From: Octopus bimaculoides
Taxonomy: Eukaryota
Direction of reading: 5' to 3'
DNA: 58,246 bases
NCBI RefSeq assembly: GCF_001194135.2
Contig: NC_068990.1
Coordinates: 75,054,251-75,112,496, forward strand
Numbering within the stretch: the stretch's first letter is position 1; every line of letters starts with the position of its first letter. A program made the translations under genes and the position numbers. This document shows positions 12,861-25,639 of this stretch, in pieces. The notes beneath the pieces were generated by a model. The model saw nothing but the letters and a program-made list of their open reading frames with translations, was not told where the DNA came from and made no database searches.

Positions 12861-13189
12861 ACAGAAGCATCAAGAAGATCACCAACTAAAACAACAATAA
12901 CGACAATAATAACAACGCATTTCAATACGATACACAAAGTCTATTATTTTCGTTATCGATATACTACGGTCAATATTACTATAGCCACTGAAGATAGTCA
13001 TCAGCATCATAACATTAATATCATCAGTTTCACGTCCTCCTCCTTTTCTTCCTTCTCCTCTTCCGTGAACACCCCATGCTGTATCCCTTCTTTTTATCGT
13101 CGTCTGCGTCGTCGTTGTCGTCATCACAGTTACCATTTTCGACGTCGTCTTTGTGGTTATTGTGGTCGTCGTTTTTGATTGGTCTTCTC

Positions 13190-13191
13190 GG

Positions 13192-13240
<49 letters not shown>

Positions 13241-13374
13241 GCTGTTATTGTTCATATTGTTGTTTCTGCACTTATTATTTGTGCTATTGATATTTTGAGC
13301 TTTAAAGAAGTAGGGAAAATATTACACTATCAAATAAACGAGAAATGTAACATCTATAATAACAACCTGATGAA

Positions 13375-13408
<34 letters not shown>

Positions 13409-13545
13409 CTGATGCTGATGATGCTGATGATGACGACGACGACGATGACGACGGCGACGATTATGATGGTGATGAAAATGATGAGGATGATGATGATGGT
13501 GATAATAATAATAATAATAATAATAATTATAATATTAATAATAAT
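13190..13545. repeat. Compound (GTT)n, (GAT/GAC)n and (AAT)n microsatellites
   Basis: Direct reading. Confidence 0.9.
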
Positions 13546-13599
13546 ATGAAGAATGATAGGCAAAACGCAATCTACGACAATCACCACCACTTCCCCTTT

Positions 13600-13900
13600 C
13601 TTGAAAAGAGAAATCAGACTTGGAACGTTGAATAGCAAAAGTGAAAGTGAAAGTAAAAATAAGAGTTAACGAACCACAGGGAAATAGCAAGAATGGTAGA
13701 AGCAAAGAGATCTAGAATGATAAAACTTGGAAGAGACTTTGTTATGATGATTGACGCAAGTGTCTTCACAAACCAGTTCATTCTACTGGTCAGTAAGGTT
13801 AAAGTCACTCTAGAAAGATTCTTTAGGAATGGAATGGAAACTCCGGTTTCTGCTAAAATTTTCTAAACTATATTGGATATCAATGGCGGTTTTGCAGATT
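13600..13900 (+). mobile_element. Possible very degenerate LINE apurinic-endonuclease N-terminal remnant
   Basis: 'IRLGTLN' and 'SSFYWS' resemble the RTE-type APE motifs LxxGTLNVR and YTFYWSG. Little else aligns. Confidence 0.25.
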
Positions 13901-14244
13901 AGTCTTGTGGAATCAGATTATGGAGGAAAATAGTGGTTTTCTTTGATTGTCCTGTAAATAGATTTATCTGTTTTTTTTTGTTTGTAACTGGCTATGTATA
14001 TATTTAAGAATGTACATATGTATACTTGTGTATGTAAATATATATGCATGCATATATGCCTGTATGATTGTATATACGCACATACATACAAACATATGTA
14101 TATATATGTACATCTCGCTCTCTTTCTCTCACTGTCTCTCTCTATATATATATGTGTGTGTATGTATCTATGTATACATGCATGTATGTACGAATGTGTA
14201 TATATCCATGTATCCCAGAGTATGTATCTACGTGCACAAATATA

Positions 14245-14278
<34 letters not shown>

Positions 14279-14496
14279 NNNNNNNNNNNNNNNNNNNNNN
14301 NNNNNNNNNNNNNNNNNNNNNNNNNNNNNNNNNNNNNNNNNNNNNNNNNNNNNNNNNNNNNNNNNNNNNNNNNNNNNNNNNNNNNNNNNNNNNNNNNNNN
14401 NNNNNNNNNNNNNNNNNNNNNNNNNNNNNNNNNNNNNNNNNNNNNNNNNNNNNNNNNNNNNNNNNNNNNNNNNNNNNNNNNNNNNNNNNNNATATA

Positions 14497-16431
14497 CTAG
14501 CTGAATGACCCGGCGTTGCCAAGATTACTGCTGTTCTTATTCAGATTAAAACAATAAATATGAAGATATATTCTCAATTATTTCAAAATGTTTATATTTT
14601 ATTTTAAAATATTCAAATTGTAATGATAATAGAATTTAGAACTGAAAATCGGTCAATGTTCAAGCGCCTCAGGTTAAACAATATTCATAATATAATTCTT
14701 TGTTGGTGTCGAAATGAATTGTTGCTTCTTTCAATTCACGAGCAAGCAACATAGCAGTTGGCCGTGACAGAAACATGTAGTGGAGAGATCAAGTGAAAGT
14801 ACCTTGAGGGATTGACCTTGAGATATGTTAACTGAAATACCAAAACTTAGTTTGACTGGAAACTGAAGCGTCTTAAATTGAAATTGAACATCTGAAGGTA
14901 TGAGAGGAATTTTTGGGATAAAGACATTATTTCCTTTGTAACTACTTGTTACGATTGTTGCCTGTAGGGCAATGGGCTTCATGGAAGTAGCAATTAAGCG
15001 ATTTCTATTACACAAATGAAATGTGTCAAAAAGTTCTAAGCAACATAATGGGAGCACCCAGTTTTAGTGTCAAGTTATGCGCGGTATCTCAGTGAGTTCA
15101 GGAATTCAACAGGGTATTGAACAACTTGATCTTGATCGACTGTTGACAGTTGATCGAAAAGTCATTTCTGATGCATCTGTTAACCTTTGAAGAAGTCCAT
15201 GATTGAGTTTATCAACCATTTCATTAGTTGAAACAAGCATAGCTGTTTCACACATCCAGTTTACATCAATGTAATCGACAGATAAATTAGGAAATTTTTT
15301 ATCTATAAGATCTCTAAGAGATAATATCATTTGACCGCGTGTACGTTCACGTAGCTGAAGTCTTGCGTTGAATGTTACTATTCCATTACCAATCTTAAGA
15401 AGCTTGTATGATCACCTTGTAGAAGTATTCTGATGTTGCTTGTAAGATGAAACTTTTTCACGTCTCCAAAGGTACGATATTTTGAAGCTTGCATTGATCT
15501 CATCAGCTTTTGATCCTTTGGGAATATCTGACAATGTTTGACGAAAACTTCTTGCAATATCTGTTACCCCTCTCATGAGGGTGCTATTGTTTTTTTATGT
15601 TTTGGAGGGCATGGTCAAATACCTCTGGAGCTCTACGATATAACAATGCACTCATCTCAGACAATGAGGCAAGTTTGTTGGAGAACTGTTGCCATTTCAG
15701 AGATTTTGGAAATGTTGCACATTTGAGATCCTTTCATTGCAAAGTTTAGAAGGAGCTTGAACATGGAATGAGCAGTTCTTCTCCCATTTAGGAAGGTAGC
15801 TGCAATATCAGAAGATGCAACAGTTGAAGAAGATTATATTTTATTTCTTTCCATTTAGGATTGTAGGTGAAAGTGATAAAAAGATCTGGTTATTCACATG
15901 TCCTGACATATGTCATAGCATCTTGTGTTCGTTCGTGCATATATCAAGGACCACCTGTGAATGATGAATTTCGAATATCATCACCTGTCCTCAGAGCATC
16001 TTGGCGATGAACATAATTTTTAGCCCTTACCTTATTTTAGATTGTTACGAATGTAGTGGATATGCTGACTCTCAACTTTAGCATGCATATCAACTAGGTA
16101 TTGCTGAAATTGATCACGGTACATGTGTAATTGATTTGATTGCTCTGGTCTTAACCTAAGTTGGTAAGTATAGAAGTCATTTGACGACACCTTTTTGCTT
16201 GCAGTTGCTCTTCTCTTGCAGGTTCAATCTGTGGAATATAGAAATGATGCCCATCTTGTTCATTCCACCGAATAAGAGAATCCTGGAGAGCATCATAAGT
16301 TGGATGAGTCTCAAGCACGAATAAGGATATCACGAAGTGCATGGGGATCACCTACCATAAGGATGGCTACTTCATTAGATGTTGGCTCATTAAAACGGCG
16401 TAAAATGTCCTTTACTATAGTTTTCTATAGA
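14497..16431 (-). mobile_element. Internally deleted Helitron (Rep N-part fused to Pif1-like helicase C-part), pseudogenised
   Basis: 3' terminus CTAG|T at 14497 with a degenerate subterminal hairpin (gcaacgccggg). Helicase motifs: TVASSDIAATFLNGRRTAHSMFKL, VFIPKIPLIPSD..FQFKTLQFPVKLSF..SQGQSLKV..LDLSTTCFCHGQL. Rep-side motifs: RRFNEPTSNEVAI, ETHPTYDALQ, YMHERTQDAMTYVR, PDLFITFTYNPKW. The 5' end (candidate A|TC at 16431) is uncertain. Confidence 0.92.
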
Positions 16432-16920
16432 TGTAACAAACACAGAAGCACACACACACACACTCACAGACAGACACTCATACAACTGATAATATAGAAA
16501 ACGACGAAACATACACACCCGGGGTGCAAAACATACTTTCTGAAGCATAGATATGCTATAAAAATTATTCTAGCGAATATTTCCAGAAGAAATATTCCAG
16601 CGTCGGAAAGTCACCAATTTAGCAAAAATGACTTTGCGTCACCAAGGTAACAAAGTAAAAAAGTCAACATTTATTTGGAACAAGTACGAAATGTTTTAAC
16701 ATTCAGGATTGAATGTCACAGTGAAGAAAGTAAAGCTCCAAGAATATTCAGAAGTCGAATTCAATTAGATGAGTGTGTGTGTGTGTGTGTGTATTAGTCG
16801 TCACGATTTTTGTCCTTGGATAGCAACTGCTATTTCGTATTTCTTACCTCCAGAACGTATGAAAAATGGCTAATATTTCCTTCAAACTTTGTTGTTGCTA
16901 CATTTATTCTAACGCCAAAC

Positions 16921-17110
16921 AAAGAATATTTCTCAACACATGGCTGTGATGCTACCCCATTTCTACTAAAATCAGAGATGCAAATTTTGTCAGCCACTAA
17001 GGGATATGCTCCAAGTGGTTAAGGTCAAGCAAATGGCAAGCAAATTTGTGATATTGAGCAGAATATTTGCTATAACGATATTTCTGCTTCAGCAACTCAG
17101 CACTGAAGCT
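16921..17110 (-). repeat. Diverged copy of the core of the unclassified element at 52646-53178
   Basis: 16921-17071 reverse-complement aligns by eye with 52749-52903 (agcaaatatt.tgctcaata.caca.atttgcttg.ca.ttgcttga.cttaacca.ttg..agcat.tcccttagtg.ctgac). Confidence 0.8.
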
Positions 17111-18246
17111 GTCTGAAACGTAATGGAAGATAGGTCAGTTTCAAAACAATGATGACCAGGTCACAAAAGCAAGATTTGGAGGGAATAATAGTCATTTCCT
17201 TTGATTTCTAGATAGAAGCAAATAGGAAATAACACTTACTCACCAAAGACAAAACAAAAAAAAATGTTACAAAATGTTAGCAGAATAATTAACAAAACTG
17301 TTCGTAGATACACTAAGGGTTATGTTTTTTGATGTACCAGGGGGTTTGTTTGTGGTTGGGCAAGGGATTTCCCTGTAAGTGTGCCTGAGGTTTAAATCCT
17401 TCATTACAATAAAAAGCCAAAGAAAAAATAATGACTGAAGGCAAAAAATATTTTAAGAAAAGAAGGATAAAGCTTAAAATAATTTTTATTACCAAACTTA
17501 AAGAACCCTCAACATAGTCGCGCAACATGCTAAAAATATGGGTCAAATCTCTTTCTAACACTATACTTGCATTAGATTAAAGAAAATAGTTCCATTAAAT
17601 AAGATGTTACATTGTGATTTTCAATAATTATACTAATAATAATAAAAACAACGACATAACGATCTCCACTGTCATACGTTCGATCAGAGGTCTTCTCGAG
17701 CAAGCTGAAACAGGCACACATCTTCAACAACAACAACAACAACAACAACAGCATTATAGCGTTCTAATTTCTGCTACAAGTACATTAATCTCTTCGTTTA
17801 TAATTTGATGTTAGAAAGCATTCCAACGATAATATTTTATCTAAAGACTTCTCATGACAAGAGTAATAACTATCTAATATTTTTTTTTTTTTTGGTAAAT
17901 CGGTGACTTTCTTTGAATGCTTTACGTTTTTCCCTATATTGAAATGCAGTATTGTAGCACCTGCCCAATACAACAATCACTAACTGATGCTACTTATAAA
18001 CGTTCAACTAACAAATATTTTTTATTGTTAATTCAATAACACTTAGTCCAATATAACAACGTCAGTAAGTTATTAAACTAATCTGATGAGAAAGAAATGC
18101 AGACACTTATAGGCACGCGTACGCACACACATGCACATACGCACGTTAATATGTTCACATGCACACATATACATAAATAAATGTACATACACGTAAATGT
18201 ATGCATAATTGTATGTGTTTACACGTATACAATTATAAAGGCATAA

Positions 18247-18285
<39 letters not shown>

Positions 18286-18324
18286 AATGTGTGTGTGTGT
18301 ATGTATAAACGTATATATATATGA

Positions 18325-18366
<42 letters not shown>

Positions 18367-18627
18367 NNNNNNNNNNNNNNNNNNNNNNNNNNNNNNNNNN
18401 NNNNNNNNNNNNNNNNNNNNNNNNNNNNNNNNNNNNNNNNNNNNNNNNNNNNNNNNNNNNNNNNNNNNNNNNNNNNNNNNNNNNNNNNNNNNNNNNNNNN
18501 NNNNNNNNNNNNNNNNNNNNNNNNNNNNNNNNNNNNNNNNNNNNNNNNNNNNNNNNNNNNNNNNNNNNNNNNNNNNNNNNNNNNNNNATGAACAGAAAAA
18601 CAAAATTATACACCCATACACACAAAC

Positions 18628-18679
<52 letters not shown>

Positions 18680-19405
18680 ATATACACACATATTTCATAC
18701 ACATATATTACACGCAGAACATATGTACATGTGTACATGTGCACACACACACACACACACACAAACGCTCACGCCCACACACACACATTAAATGAACAGA
18801 AAAACAAAATTATACACCCATACACACAAACATACGTACATAATATGAAGACAGAAAAAGGAAAACAAAACAACATCTGAGTACAATTCGCCAAAAAAAA
18901 CAAAAAAACAACAAAAACAAAAGGCATAATCACAATAGATTTAGCTGGTAAAAGAAACTAGATCTTGAGCTGTACCGAGAGAATAATAAAATATGTGGGA
19001 TAACATAGAGCAATATTTGTTTCTTTGTTTCTTGTAGAGGAATACAAGTAATAAATACGCAAATTAAAAAAATATACTCCGAAACAAATGTAATATAAAT
19101 ATTATGGATATTATAAGTAAAAGTAGAGACACGTACACACCCACTTGCTCACACCCACGCACCTCACGAGTATGAGTATGTATGTATGTATGTATGTATG
19201 TATGTATGCAAATATGTATGCATGCTTGTGTCTATGTGTTTATATGTATGTACGTATAAAAAATCTATGTGTATGAATATATGTATATTCATATATTCAT
19301 ATTTATAGCCTTATTTTCGTACATATATATCTTTATCTCTCCTCTCTCTCTCTCGCTTCCTCTCTCTACATGCACACACCTATATATGCACATACAAAGA
19401 TATAC

Positions 19406-19436
<31 letters not shown>

Positions 19437-19463
19437 CATTTATAAAAAATATGTGTGTGTACA

Positions 19464-19494
<31 letters not shown>

Positions 19495-20087
19495 NNNNNN
19501 NNNNNNNNNNNNNNNNNNNNNNNNNNNNNNNNNNNNNNNNNNNNNNNNNNNNNNNNNNNNNNNNNNNNNNNNNNNNNNNNNNNNNNNNNNNNNNNNNNNN
19601 NNNNNNNNNNNNNNNNNNNNNNNNNNNNNNNNNNNNNNNNNNNNNNNNNNNNNNNNNNNNNNNNNNNNNNNNNNNNNNNNNNNNNNNNNNNNNNNNNNNN
19701 NNNNNNNNNNNNNNNNNNNNNNNNNNNNNNNNNNNNNNNNNNNNNNNNNNNNNNNNNNNNNNNNNNNNNNNNNNNNNNNNNNNNNNNNNNNNNNNNNNNN
19801 NNNNNNNNNNNNNNNNNNNNNNNNNNNNNNNNNNNNNNNNNNNNNNNNNNNNNNNNNNNNNNNNNNNNNNNNNNNNNNNNNNNNNNNNNNNNNNNNNNNN
19901 NNNNNNNNNNNNNNNNNNNNNNNNNNNNNNNNNNNNNNNNNNNNNNNNNNNNNNNNNNNNNNNNNNNNNNNNNNNNNNNNNNNNNNNNNNNNNNNNNNNN
20001 NNNNNNNNNNNNNNNNNNNNNNNNNNNNNNNNNNNNNNNNNNNNNNNNNNNNNNNNNNNNNNNNNNNNNNNNNNNNNNNNNNNAAAT

Positions 20088-20149
<62 letters not shown>

Positions 20150-20467
20150 ATCTACATATATGTGTACGTGTACTTGTATATATGTATGTATAAATATAAG
20201 TATACATTGTTTGCAAATATTCGCTTGCGAACCGAAACTGAGAGAGTGACAGAGTGTGAGTGAGAGATATATGCAAATATATGCGTGTGTTCACGCATAT
20301 ATATGTCTGTACGCACACAGGTATTTATAAATACACGTACATACTAATACTCACTCACACGCACACAGACACACACAAAGACATATATACATACACACAC
20401 ACACATACACACACACACACACGCACAAATACGCACACACACACACAAACACACACACACATATATA

Positions 20468-21300
20468 CTAGCAGAGATACCCGGCGTTGCTCGGGATTAA
20501 AATGGCATTGTTTGTATATAAAATATGACAGTAATGTTGAAACAAGTGATATGGGAAAGTGCAGCATTGACAACAAGACATTTGTGGAATAAATGATAGG
20601 GTAATTCAATTAAGCAACATGCTATGAGTCCGTTTGAAGTATTTCAGGCCCTAACCTGTGAGGATTATGTGATTTTTGAACGCACCGAGAAGTTGTCAGT
20701 GAATATACTCTCTTTTGCAGCAGTCGGTGCTGTGTCTAACACGACCCATCATCTGAAATGTTAACACCTCCTTTGGGTTTATTGGCCTACATCACTCGTA
20801 AAGTAAATTTGGAAGAACTGTTGTTCTTTGGTGAGTAACAGGGAACCAATGAAGTGATAGACTTGCCATTGAACTTTACCGTCGGCGTAAATTTATGTTT
20901 ATCTTCTTAGACGCACCAAACGATGTCTTTTACAGAGTTGTATTGTCTTATATTGTTCAGAAAATCCTTTGACTGGATGGAAATGCCTTATAGAAGATCC
21001 ATAAGAGATTGAGAAGGAGCTGGTAGTGCTGGCAATGTTACCTGACCGCCAGAGCAGCACATACCATTTGTTTCATTTGAAAATTTTAAGGCTCTACAGA
21101 AAAGACAATTTCTGTTTAGCACACCAATTTGGACAGAGTTATTATTTTTATAAGAATGGGATGGATCATACCTGAAAACAGTTTCAGGAGTTGTGAAGAA
21201 CGAATTTATACGTAGTCTGTTTCTGAGAGCTATTCTATTCGACCTCTGTCTAATCATTAAAGCATTGATTTAATGATCCAGCATTAAGTGCTGCAACATG
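20468..21300 (-). mobile_element. Second Helitron derivative (3' terminus plus N-terminal coding remnant)
   Basis: CTAG|T at 20468-20471 with hairpin cccgagcaacgccggg (20480-20495). Minus translation FRYDPSHSY..QIGVLNRNCLFCRALKFSNETNGMCCSGGQVTLPALP..DFLNNIRQYNS..TSFGA..VYHFIGSLL..FFQIYF matches the Cys-rich N-terminal region of Helitron RepHel proteins. Confidence 0.88.
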
Positions 21301-21859
21301 CATTTGCTGATCTTGAGAAAATCTTATCTAGCTTCTCTCTTCAGACTCTCACCTTCGGTTTTCTACAATCCTTCTTGCTTTATACTGGTTTCTAGAAAGC
21401 TCACGTCTTTTCTTTGGTGGCATATTTTTTGCAATATTGTAAACAAAAAATTATGAACATAGAAAGAAATTATACAATAATCCCTATATACGTAAGCAGT
21501 TCTATCCGTAAAAAATTATTTGAAGAGAGCAGAAATTGAAAGAGTAAAACTGAATAATGACATATATACATACACAAATCATATACATGTACACACACAC
21601 ATATACATACATGTGTGTGAGTGTGTGTTTGGGTGTGTACAGGTTTGTATGTATGGTACAACAGCAGAATAAATGGGATTCGATACCTGACTATATTATA
21701 TGCATTGTGTTTTTAAAGTGTTTGTTATTCTATTCGGCTGGTATAATTTAAAACCACATTAGCCTTTAAGATTTTATAGCTTCGTCGAACTCAATGAAAT
21801 TAATGGAATGAAGTAGGATTTATCTTTAGTATCTCTGAAGTGTCTCTCTCCCTCTTTCA

Positions 21860-21890
<31 letters not shown>

Positions 21891-21917
21891 CTTCTCTCTT
21901 TCTCACTGTATGTATAT

Positions 21918-23390
21918 TAGGGTTATGACTTTTTCATAACCTAATAACCTTATACTGTAATTTGATGAATAATTTCATAAAAGTCATGAAACTAACATTT
22001 ATTTTGCTTTATTTGAAAAAAATCCCCCTCTCCCACAACTTAAGAAATCGATCCCCACTTTTGACCCAAATTATGCAAAATTCTAGCGGGGCTCATAATG
22101 CCTGCTCAAGTTTTTACCAAACTTGGTGTGCTGACTCAATGCAATGCAGAAATAGTATATCTAAAATTTTAGCTTTCTAGTTGAAGTAGCTTCGGAGTTA
22201 TGAGCTTTTAAAACTATAATCACTAGGTGGTACTAAATTCACACTTCAGTATTTCCGCTACCTAAATCCTTGTAAACAGAAGAGAGATGTGGAATAAATG
22301 TGTATTCAGACATTTTAAAGCTTACTAAATTGAAATTGCTCTATACAAATGTTCAAAACCGGGCTATTTTAAGACAGAGGCCACTACAAGCATTCGATAA
22401 AATACAAAATTAAAAACAATACATATTTTTAACTTTATAGGTTTAATCCCAATTTTAAATAACTGTATAAGGAAAAAGGGAGCTGAATGTTAGCAAATTT
22501 TTAAACATGACAAAGAATTAATGTTTTGTTAGATAAAATAAATCGAAGCTGAAGTTTTTCCTTCTTTTTACAAATATCATAAAGATTTTGAAGGTACTTA
22601 ATTACCCGTTCTTCACTCTGATTCGTTCTGGGAATTTCCAGTTTTTATGGTTTTCGACTCAAAGTTTTTACAGAGTTCAATGATATTTTATGAACTTGCA
22701 GGCTACCACATAACTTCTGATAATCATATGCATTGAACATTTGGTCAGTAAACCAAAAATCCGCCCACCAACAAGAGATGAATCGGCAAACATTGAGAGG
22801 AAAAACTCTTTTCTCTGGTAGAAGAATAAATGCCAAAAGAGCTAGTATTGCTCGAGAATTCCAACTTGCATTACTCGAGTTGGGTATTTTTTGAAACTTT
22901 ACAATAGGAAATTTTCCAGTTTCTTAAAAAAAACGAAAAACTCTAGTCAAATGAATATGAAATTTTATGTCATCTCGCCTTCCTGCTGATTCAGTAATCT
23001 TTTCTTCACTGTTGTTGAAATTAGCCTGGGTTTTCTCGTAATTACTTAGAAGCTCTGGGATGAATGTGAATTCAATATTAGGAGATAACTTTTTTCTCCA
23101 AGTTCGTTATCCATTACAACTCGAAGAACTCTATAAAGGATATGATGCTGACAATCTATAAATTGCAGTTCTTTCAAACCCTTTTGAGCAACAGTCTTTG
23201 CAACTGAATGACAAAGCCATTTCTTTTCACAGTATTCACACTCGTTGTATCAGCGACAATCATCTTTACACACTTCTGTAAATTTATGCATCTAAAACAG
23301 CTGTTATTCCTTTCACAACAGTATCGGATTTTCCATCTGGTAACCGGAGTGCTTCTAACTTAACTTTTCTCTGTTAATTTTTTAAAACTA
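21918..23390 (-). mobile_element. hAT-like (possibly hATm) DNA transposon remnant; transposase pseudogene at about 22645-23370
   Basis: Frameshift-corrected translation: ALRLPDGKSDTVVKGI..MIVADTTSVNTVKRNG..FIDCQHHIL..RRDDIKF..NASWNSRAILALLAFI. This has the first catalytic D (DTTxxNT), a CxxH motif, RDD and a RW-like motif. The left boundary (tagggttatgac at 21918) is a guess. Confidence 0.65.
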
Positions 23391-23394
23391 GCAT

Positions 23395-23632
23395 GCATGT
23401 ATGTATGTATGTATGTATGTATGTATGTATGTATGTGCAGATTTGTATGTTTTATGTATGTATTCTCATGCATATATGGTTGCTTATATACATTTAAATG
23501 ATAAACATCTGGAAGGTTCTACAGATTTTTGCCTGTTCCAGTGATGGATTGGATCTGTCGTCTTCGAATTTTGAGAAGTCTAATTTCTCAAGATTGGTAT
23601 TTAAGCAGTGTGTATGTATGTATGTATGTATG

Positions 23633-23663
<31 letters not shown>

Positions 23664-23672
23664 GTATGTATG

Positions 23673-23703
<31 letters not shown>

Positions 23704-23765
23704 GTATGTATGTATGTATGTATGTATGTGCAGATTTGTATGCATGTATGTGTGTATGCATGTAT
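23395..23765. repeat. (TATG)n tetranucleotide arrays
   Basis: Direct reading of two tracts separated by a ~150-bp unique spacer. Confidence 0.9.
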
Positions 23766-23982
23766 GTGTATCGTAAACAAAACCAAAACACTAACTACAA
23801 AGGATGCGGTAAAATAAAATGAAAAGAAGTCAAAAAACTTAAACAAAACGTTATAAGAAAACATGCCTATACAAACTACGGTCATAATTACTGACGGATA
23901 ATAGTCTTTGCTGCATTAAAAACACATTCAACATCTTATATTCCTAATGATAAGCTAACACCACATATAAACAACATTAATC

Positions 23983-24201
23983 CGTTCTACTATTGGCACA
24001 AGGCCTGAAATTGTGGGAGAGGGGACTAGTCCATTTCACGACCCCTGTGCGTAACTGGTACTTATTTCATCGACCCCGAAAGGACGAAAGGCATGAAAGA
24101 CAAAGTCGACGTCGGTGGAATTTGAACTCAGAACGTAATGACGGACGAAATACCGCTAAGCATTTTATCCGGTGTGCTAACGATTCTGCCAGCTCGCCTT
24201 T
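23983..24201 (-). mobile_element. SINE family B
   Basis: Full head-core-tail match to 30046-30281. Confidence 0.9.
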
Positions 24202-24231
24202 TAATGATAAAAATAATAATAATAATAATAA

Positions 24232-24450
24232 TCTTTTCTATTATAGGCTCAAGGCCTGAGATTTTTTGGGAGGGGCTCAGCCGATTAGATCGACCCCAGT
24301 ACGCAACTAGTAAATAATTTATCGACGCCGAAAGGATGAAAGGCAAAGTCGAACTCGGCGGAATTTGAACTCAGAACGTTAAGACCGGCGAAATATCGCT
24401 AAGCATTTCGTCCTGCGTGCTAACGTTTCTACCAGCTCGTCGCCTTCGCC
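24232..24450 (-). mobile_element. SINE family B (tandem with previous copy, (ATT)n tail)
   Basis: Full head-core-tail match; its tail is the aat run at 24212-24232. Confidence 0.9.
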
Positions 24451-24454
24451 TGAA

Positions 24455-24592
24455 GTGATTATAATGATAATAACAACAACGACAAAATCGACGATATCGA
24501 TGATGATGATGATAATAAAAATGTTGACGACAAAGGTAATGATGATGAAGATGATGCTGATGAGGAATGTGATGAAGAATGATAATGCTGCT

Positions 24593-24635
<43 letters not shown>

Positions 24636-24640
24636 GTGAT
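24455..24640. repeat. Imperfect (GAT)/(GCT) trinucleotide region
   Basis: Direct reading. Confidence 0.85.
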
Positions 24641-25598
24641 AACTTTCCCGTTTAAGTATTGTTGTCCAAGTTGTCAACGGCGTTGTTGCATTAACGATTG
24701 GGATATTATTTTACTCGGATATATTTTATGAGAATGCCACACAATCCGTTTCTGATTTCTGATGAATTTGGCGAAACTATAAAAATGAAGATCGATTTAA
24801 CTGGAAATATAAATTTTATATTTTGATCTGTCTGTCTCTACGTATTAACATGTGGTGTCTGTATGTGCGCGTGTGTGTATATTTANNNNNNNNNNNNNNN
24901 NNNNNNNNNNNNNNNNNNNNNNNNNNNNNNNNNNNNNNNNNNNNNNNNNNNNNNNNNNNNNNNNNNNNNNNNNNNNNNNNNNNNNNNNNNNNNNNNNNNA
25001 TATATATATATATATATGTATATATGCATCTGCGTATGTAAATATTGTACGTATGTATGTGTGTATGTATGTATGTATGTATCGAGGTGTGTATGTAGGG
25101 GTGCGTGTGTATGCGTGTGTGTATGTGTCTTAGTAAGAATATACTCTCATATGTTATAATACTTTGTAGTTTATCAACCCAATCTATGTGTAGTCGTCCA
25201 CTAAATATTTCTTTGAGTTATCTTTAATTATTCTAAACGTAAGCTCATGGGTATACATTATATATACGTGTGTGTATGTGTGTGTGTGTGTCGTTGTGTG
25301 CCTGTGAGTGTCTGTGTGTCTGTGTATGTATAGGAGACTAAATAACTGACAAGCGAACAAGAATCTATTTGAGAATTTTTGAAGCTCTGACTAAGCTCTA
25401 TGTTGATGCACAAGAGCTTAGCTATGAGTGCATTGCTTATTGTAGCAGAACCAACTGTAAGCTAATGATGTTCAATACATAATTTCTCGTTCCCTTATCA
25501 TTTAATCTTTTATTACGCTCTGTTCTTGACTAACACTTTTCTCTGAAGCGTATATATATCGAATTCTGACACAGGTTATTAATATCGCTACGCCTAAG

Positions 25599-25639
<41 letters not shown>

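Noticed and set aside
17341-17374. Possible 34-bp plus-strand microexon (cAG...GTAAGT)
   Set aside because: Weak pyrimidine tract and no recognisable peptide; expected by chance in 58 kb.
18588-18834. 43-bp direct repeat (18588-18630 and 18792-18834)
   Set aside because: The first copy starts exactly at a gap edge, so it is most likely a scaffolding or haplotype overlap artefact.
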